Of a stretch of 32,000 bases of DNA, positions 29,458 through 32,000 are shown piece after piece; the stretch's first letter is position 1; the number at the start of each line of letters is the position of its first letter. The notes under the pieces were generated by a model. It saw nothing but the letters and a program-made list of their open reading frames with translations. It was not told the DNA's origin and ran no database searches. The translations under genes were made by a program, and so were the position numbers. Source of the stretch: a cyanobacterium endosymbiont of Braarudosphaera bigelowii (GTDB taxonomy: Bacteria > Cyanobacteriota > Cyanobacteriia > Cyanobacteriales > Microcystaceae); contig NZ_AP024987.1 in the NCBI RefSeq assembly GCF_020885515.1, positions 1,110,001 through 1,142,000 of the forward strand. Reading direction: 5' to 3'.

Positions 29458-30825
29458 ATGAACTCTTCTACATATCGTTTTAAAAGCAAACTATTCAACC
29501 TATTAAATCGTAAATCTTTATTGTTAAAAGAGCATCTTGTCTACCAAGGTAAGCTAATAAAAATTATTTTTAAGTGGAGTGTACAAATTATTATATACCC
29601 ACTTTATTTTTTTGTACATACGAAAAAAACTAGCCAAAAAAGATTAAGAAGAACTGACTATTTATTAAGTCCTCTTTATTCAAATACTGATTTTTATTTA
29701 GAAAAAACGCTTAAAAAAGTACGGTATTTTCTATTAAATCTTGAAGAATACAAAGACTTTTTTAAAGAGCAGAAGAGATTAGAAAATGAAATTTACACAA
29801 TAAATGATATTGCTATTAATTCAATCCAAGGACTGGCTAGTAACTTAATTACCCATAAATTGATTCTAGTTACTGAAAACAACATTACTATTGATATATT
29901 GTCTGAAAATCAAAAAAATTATTTGCATAAATACATAAACTTACAATTAAACAACTATAAGAATAACTCGAGATACAGTAAAGTACATGATCTGTATTTA
30001 ATAACTCAATCTTTTACGAAGCAAAATTTCATTTTATTCCTGATGTCTGTTTTCTGGAAGTTAATGTTTTGGATGAAAAATGAATCATTAGCTATGAATC
30101 TTAATTTTTGTGGGGAACTATCTGACATATCTTTAAGTTCAGAGAAATTGTTAAAAAAAATACCAAGGTCTATAGTTAAAGATCATAACGGAAACACAAA
30201 GTTTTCCTTTTATTTTTTAATAGGCAAGATGGTTCAAAAGTGGAAAGGATATCTGCAAAAAAAAAGTTATCAATCCCTTAGAATTCAAAGTAATCAATTT
30301 TCTTTAAAGTTTCTCGTATATACGACTATATATTATTTTTTAAGCCGAATCCTATCCAATAAATATTTAAGGCATAGTCTAAAACAAAAGAAGATAAAAC
30401 TATATGAAACGAAAAATAATGAAAATAATTATAAGTGGTCTTCTTGGAACGAAACATCTAGTAAATTTATATCTCTAGAAAAATATCCATCACGGCCATA
30501 TAGTTCTATAGTATTGTCTAATAATAATAATTCATTTCATAATTTATTTTATGATTATGAACTAGAAAAACATAAAGCAAATTATCTAGATATTAATCGA
30601 GCTTCCCAAAAGCCCATAAGTAGTCATTTGATTCCTAAAATAAAGAAAGATAAACAAGAAGAATTTACAGGAAATATTACAGAAGTAGGAATAAAATCTG
30701 GAGAATATATTAAACATCCTCTAATTAGAATTTTAGAGCTGCTAGATATAATTTTTTATTGGATAGAAAAGCTAATGATAAAAATATGGAAAATAGTGCT
30801 CAGAATACTTAATTACAAAAAGTAA
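29458..30825 (+). CDS. Hypothetical protein, 455 aa, no family recognised; Lys/Asn/Ile/Tyr-rich with several hydrophobic stretches
   Basis: Uninterrupted 455-codon frame in sequence that is about a quarter G+C (15/60 in one stretch I counted). Hydrophobic stretches include IIFKWSVQIIIYPLYFFV, FILFLMSVFWKLMFWM, FLVYTTIYYFLSRIL, and a C-terminal amphipathic ILELLDIIFYWIEKLMIKIWKIVLRIL. No SD is visible. Confidence 0.55.
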   Translation: MNSSTYRFKSKLFNLLNRKSLLLKEHLVYQGKLIKIIFKWSVQIIIYPLYFFVHTKKTSQKRLRRTDYLLSPLYSNTDFYLEKTLKKVRYFLLNLEEYKDFFKEQKRLENEIYTINDIAINSIQGLASNLITHKLILVTENNITIDILSENQKNYLHKYINLQLNNYKNNSRYSKVHDLYLITQSFTKQNFILFLMSVFWKLMFWMKNESLAMNLNFCGELSDISLSSEKLLKKIPRSIVKDHNGNTKFSFYFLIGKMVQKWKGYLQKKSYQSLRIQSNQFSLKFLVYTTIYYFLSRILSNKYLRHSLKQKKIKLYETKNNENNYKWSSWNETSSKFISLEKYPSRPYSSIVLSNNNNSFHNLFYDYELEKHKANYLDINRASQKPISSHLIPKIKKDKQEEFTGNITEVGIKSGEYIKHPLIRILELLDIIFYWIEKLMIKIWKIVLRILNYKK

Positions 30826-30978
30826 AAAAATATAATCAAAAAATAAGGTATGCTTATTATGAACATAAAGATAATGAATTGTAATCTTTATTAAATTTTA
30901 TTGAATAGTATATACCTAGGTAATTAAACCCAGCTTAGAGGATGAAAGTAAAAAAGTATGCCTTATTATGGCTCTTCC

Positions 30979-31037
30979 CCTAACTAATAAATGTTCATAA
31001 TATTCAACATTAATATTATGAACATTTATTAGTTAGG
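30979..31037. repeat. Perfect inverted repeat: 26-bp arms (30979-31004 / 31012-31037), 7-nt loop; the right arm covers the last two codons and the stop of ycf34
   Basis: Checked base by base (i pairs with 62016-i). The arm is cctaactaataaatgttcataatatt. The ycf34 stop TAA (31029-31031 on the + strand as tta) and codons Asn/Pro lie inside the right arm. Confidence 0.92.
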
Positions 31038-31277
31038 AATAGGTAATCCTGGACATAAACGAATCCATTTTCCTGTTTCTTCCAGAAAACTCTTGCAGCT
31101 TACAATATCCCATTCTATTTCAATATATTCATCCTTTGGACGAATATTTACATTAATATCAGCTTGTATAGGGTTAAAAGATGGTTTATCAGTTAAATGG
31201 GATTGTTGGTGCTGTTCTTCAACTGCATGATAAGTTTGACAAACGTCAACATAATGACAGTTAACACAAATACACAT
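31029..31277 (-). CDS. ycf34: Ycf34 (small Fe-S cluster protein conserved in cyanobacteria and red-lineage plastids)
   Basis: 82 aa. MCICVNCHYVDVCQTYHAVEEQHQQSHLT..P.F.P....INVNIR is the Ycf34 N-terminal Cys motif and core. Confidence 0.85.
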   Translation of the reverse strand: MCICVNCHYVDVCQTYHAVEEQHQQSHLTDKPSFNPIQADINVNIRPKDEYIEIEWDIVSCKSFLEETGKWIRLCPGLPIPN

Positions 31278-31361
31278 ACTTTTTCTCTATAATTTATACT
31301 AACTTAGCGTAAATTAAGAAGACTCGACTAACTTCTAAAATTTGCTCTTATATTGTAAAAA

Positions 31362-32000
31362 ATGAGGCAGAAAACAGTTCTAAATTTATCTCCAAATATA
31401 CTACCTTTTAAATTAGATATCTTGCCATCTACAGCTTATTTAGTAGGAGGAGCAGTAAGGAATATACTGTTAAGTTCCGAACAAGATTATATCGACTTAG
31501 ATATAATCCTACCAAATTTTGTTCCTAAAATAGCAAAAAATATTGCCCACAGTTATCATGTGAATTTTATTATTTTAGATTCGAAAAGAAGTATTATCAG
31601 AATTATTTTCAGGGAAGGAACTATTGATTTAGCAAAACAAAATGGAAACAATATAGATAAAGACTTACAGCAAAGAGATTTTACTATTAATGCAATTGCC
31701 TACAGTTTTCATAAACAGCAAATAATTGATTCTTCAGAAGGTTTAAGAGATTTACAGCTCAAAACCATTAGAATGATTAACGTTAAAAACCTTCAAGATG
31801 ATCCTCTAAGATTAATACGTGCCTATAGACAAGCTTCTCAATTAAATTTCATTATCGAGACTAAAACACGTCATGCAATTAAAAAATTGTCTTCTTGTAT
31901 TTCTCAGGTTGCTGTAGAAAGAATACAAACAGAACTAAGCTATTTATTGCAAAATTTTAATGGTAATGATTGGTTAATTGAAATGAAGAAAGATAATCTA
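31362..32000 (+). CDS. cca: tRNA nucleotidyltransferase (CCA-adding) / poly(A) polymerase family, N-terminal 213 codons (3' end lies right of the window)
   Basis: Not in the ORF track because it has no stop in the window. I translated it by hand from the ATG at 31362 with no stops to base 32000. It carries AYLVGGAVRNILL....DYIDLDII (class II NTase motif with DxD), RDFTINAIAY, and DDPLRLIRAYRQASQL. Confidence 0.82.
   Translation, partial: MRQKTVLNLSPNILPFKLDILPSTAYLVGGAVRNILLSSEQDYIDLDIILPNFVPKIAKNIAHSYHVNFIILDSKRSIIRIIFREGTIDLAKQNGNNIDKDLQQRDFTINAIAYSFHKQQIIDSSEGLRDLQLKTIRMINVKNLQDDPLRLIRAYRQASQLNFIIETKTRHAIKKLSSCISQVAVERIQTELSYLLQNFNGNDWLIEMKKDNL

Noticed and set aside
1-32000. Search for mobile elements, CRISPR arrays, defence or toxin-antitoxin pairs, rRNA and HIP1 (GCGATCGC) repeats
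   Set aside because: I saw no transposase, integrase or recombinase-like ORF and no regularly spaced direct repeats. There is no second tRNA-like T-arm outside 3192-3265. On reading I noticed no GCGATCGC octamer, only partial matches such as CCGATCGA near 11149. My visual scan is not exhaustive, so a k-mer search should confirm this.

Overview
The window is an AT-rich stretch of a cyanobacterial chromosome. By my tally it is about 78% coding, with 27 protein genes (two cut by the window edges) and one tRNA. All calls come from reading the translated ORFs against family motifs I know; no searches were run.

Gene order:
- valS (3' end), rsmD, pyrR, an N-terminally shortened cinA/pncC-like gene, tRNA-Val(GAC), queE, rimO, a CrhR-like DEAD-box helicase and pmbA/tldD-family.
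- A small membrane protein, dgkA, a Tat-signal MBL-fold hydrolase, an SLC12-type cation-chloride cotransporter homologue, thf1/psb29, a DUF2993-like gene and dusA.
- An SDR-folE pair, accA, a TPR protein, an M16 peptidase homologue, ndhF, gatA, sasA and ycf65/PSRP-3.
- A 455-codon orphan ORF, ycf34 and a CCA-adding enzyme gene (5' part).

The cyanobacterial hallmarks are ndhF, thf1, sasA, ycf34 and ycf65. Three things fit a genome-reduced cyanobacterium such as a UCYN-A-like or other endosymbiotic lineage:
- a strong AT bias;
- a purely housekeeping gene set;
- several 600-800 bp featureless AT-rich spacers.

I also spotted no HIP1 (GCGATCGC) octamers. The lineage assignment is inference only.

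I see no mobile elements, CRISPR, defence or toxin-antitoxin modules, or biosynthetic clusters. I do not find a convincing novel multi-gene system here.

The items most worth a second look:
1. Three unrelated, long, perfectly base-paired palindromes at gene 3' ends that are not built like canonical intrinsic terminators.
2. A roughly 95-nt GC-rich island with mutually exclusive pairings just upstream of rimO.
3. An intact 455-codon orphan ORF whose composition resembles the spacers.
4. Domain loss in cinA.
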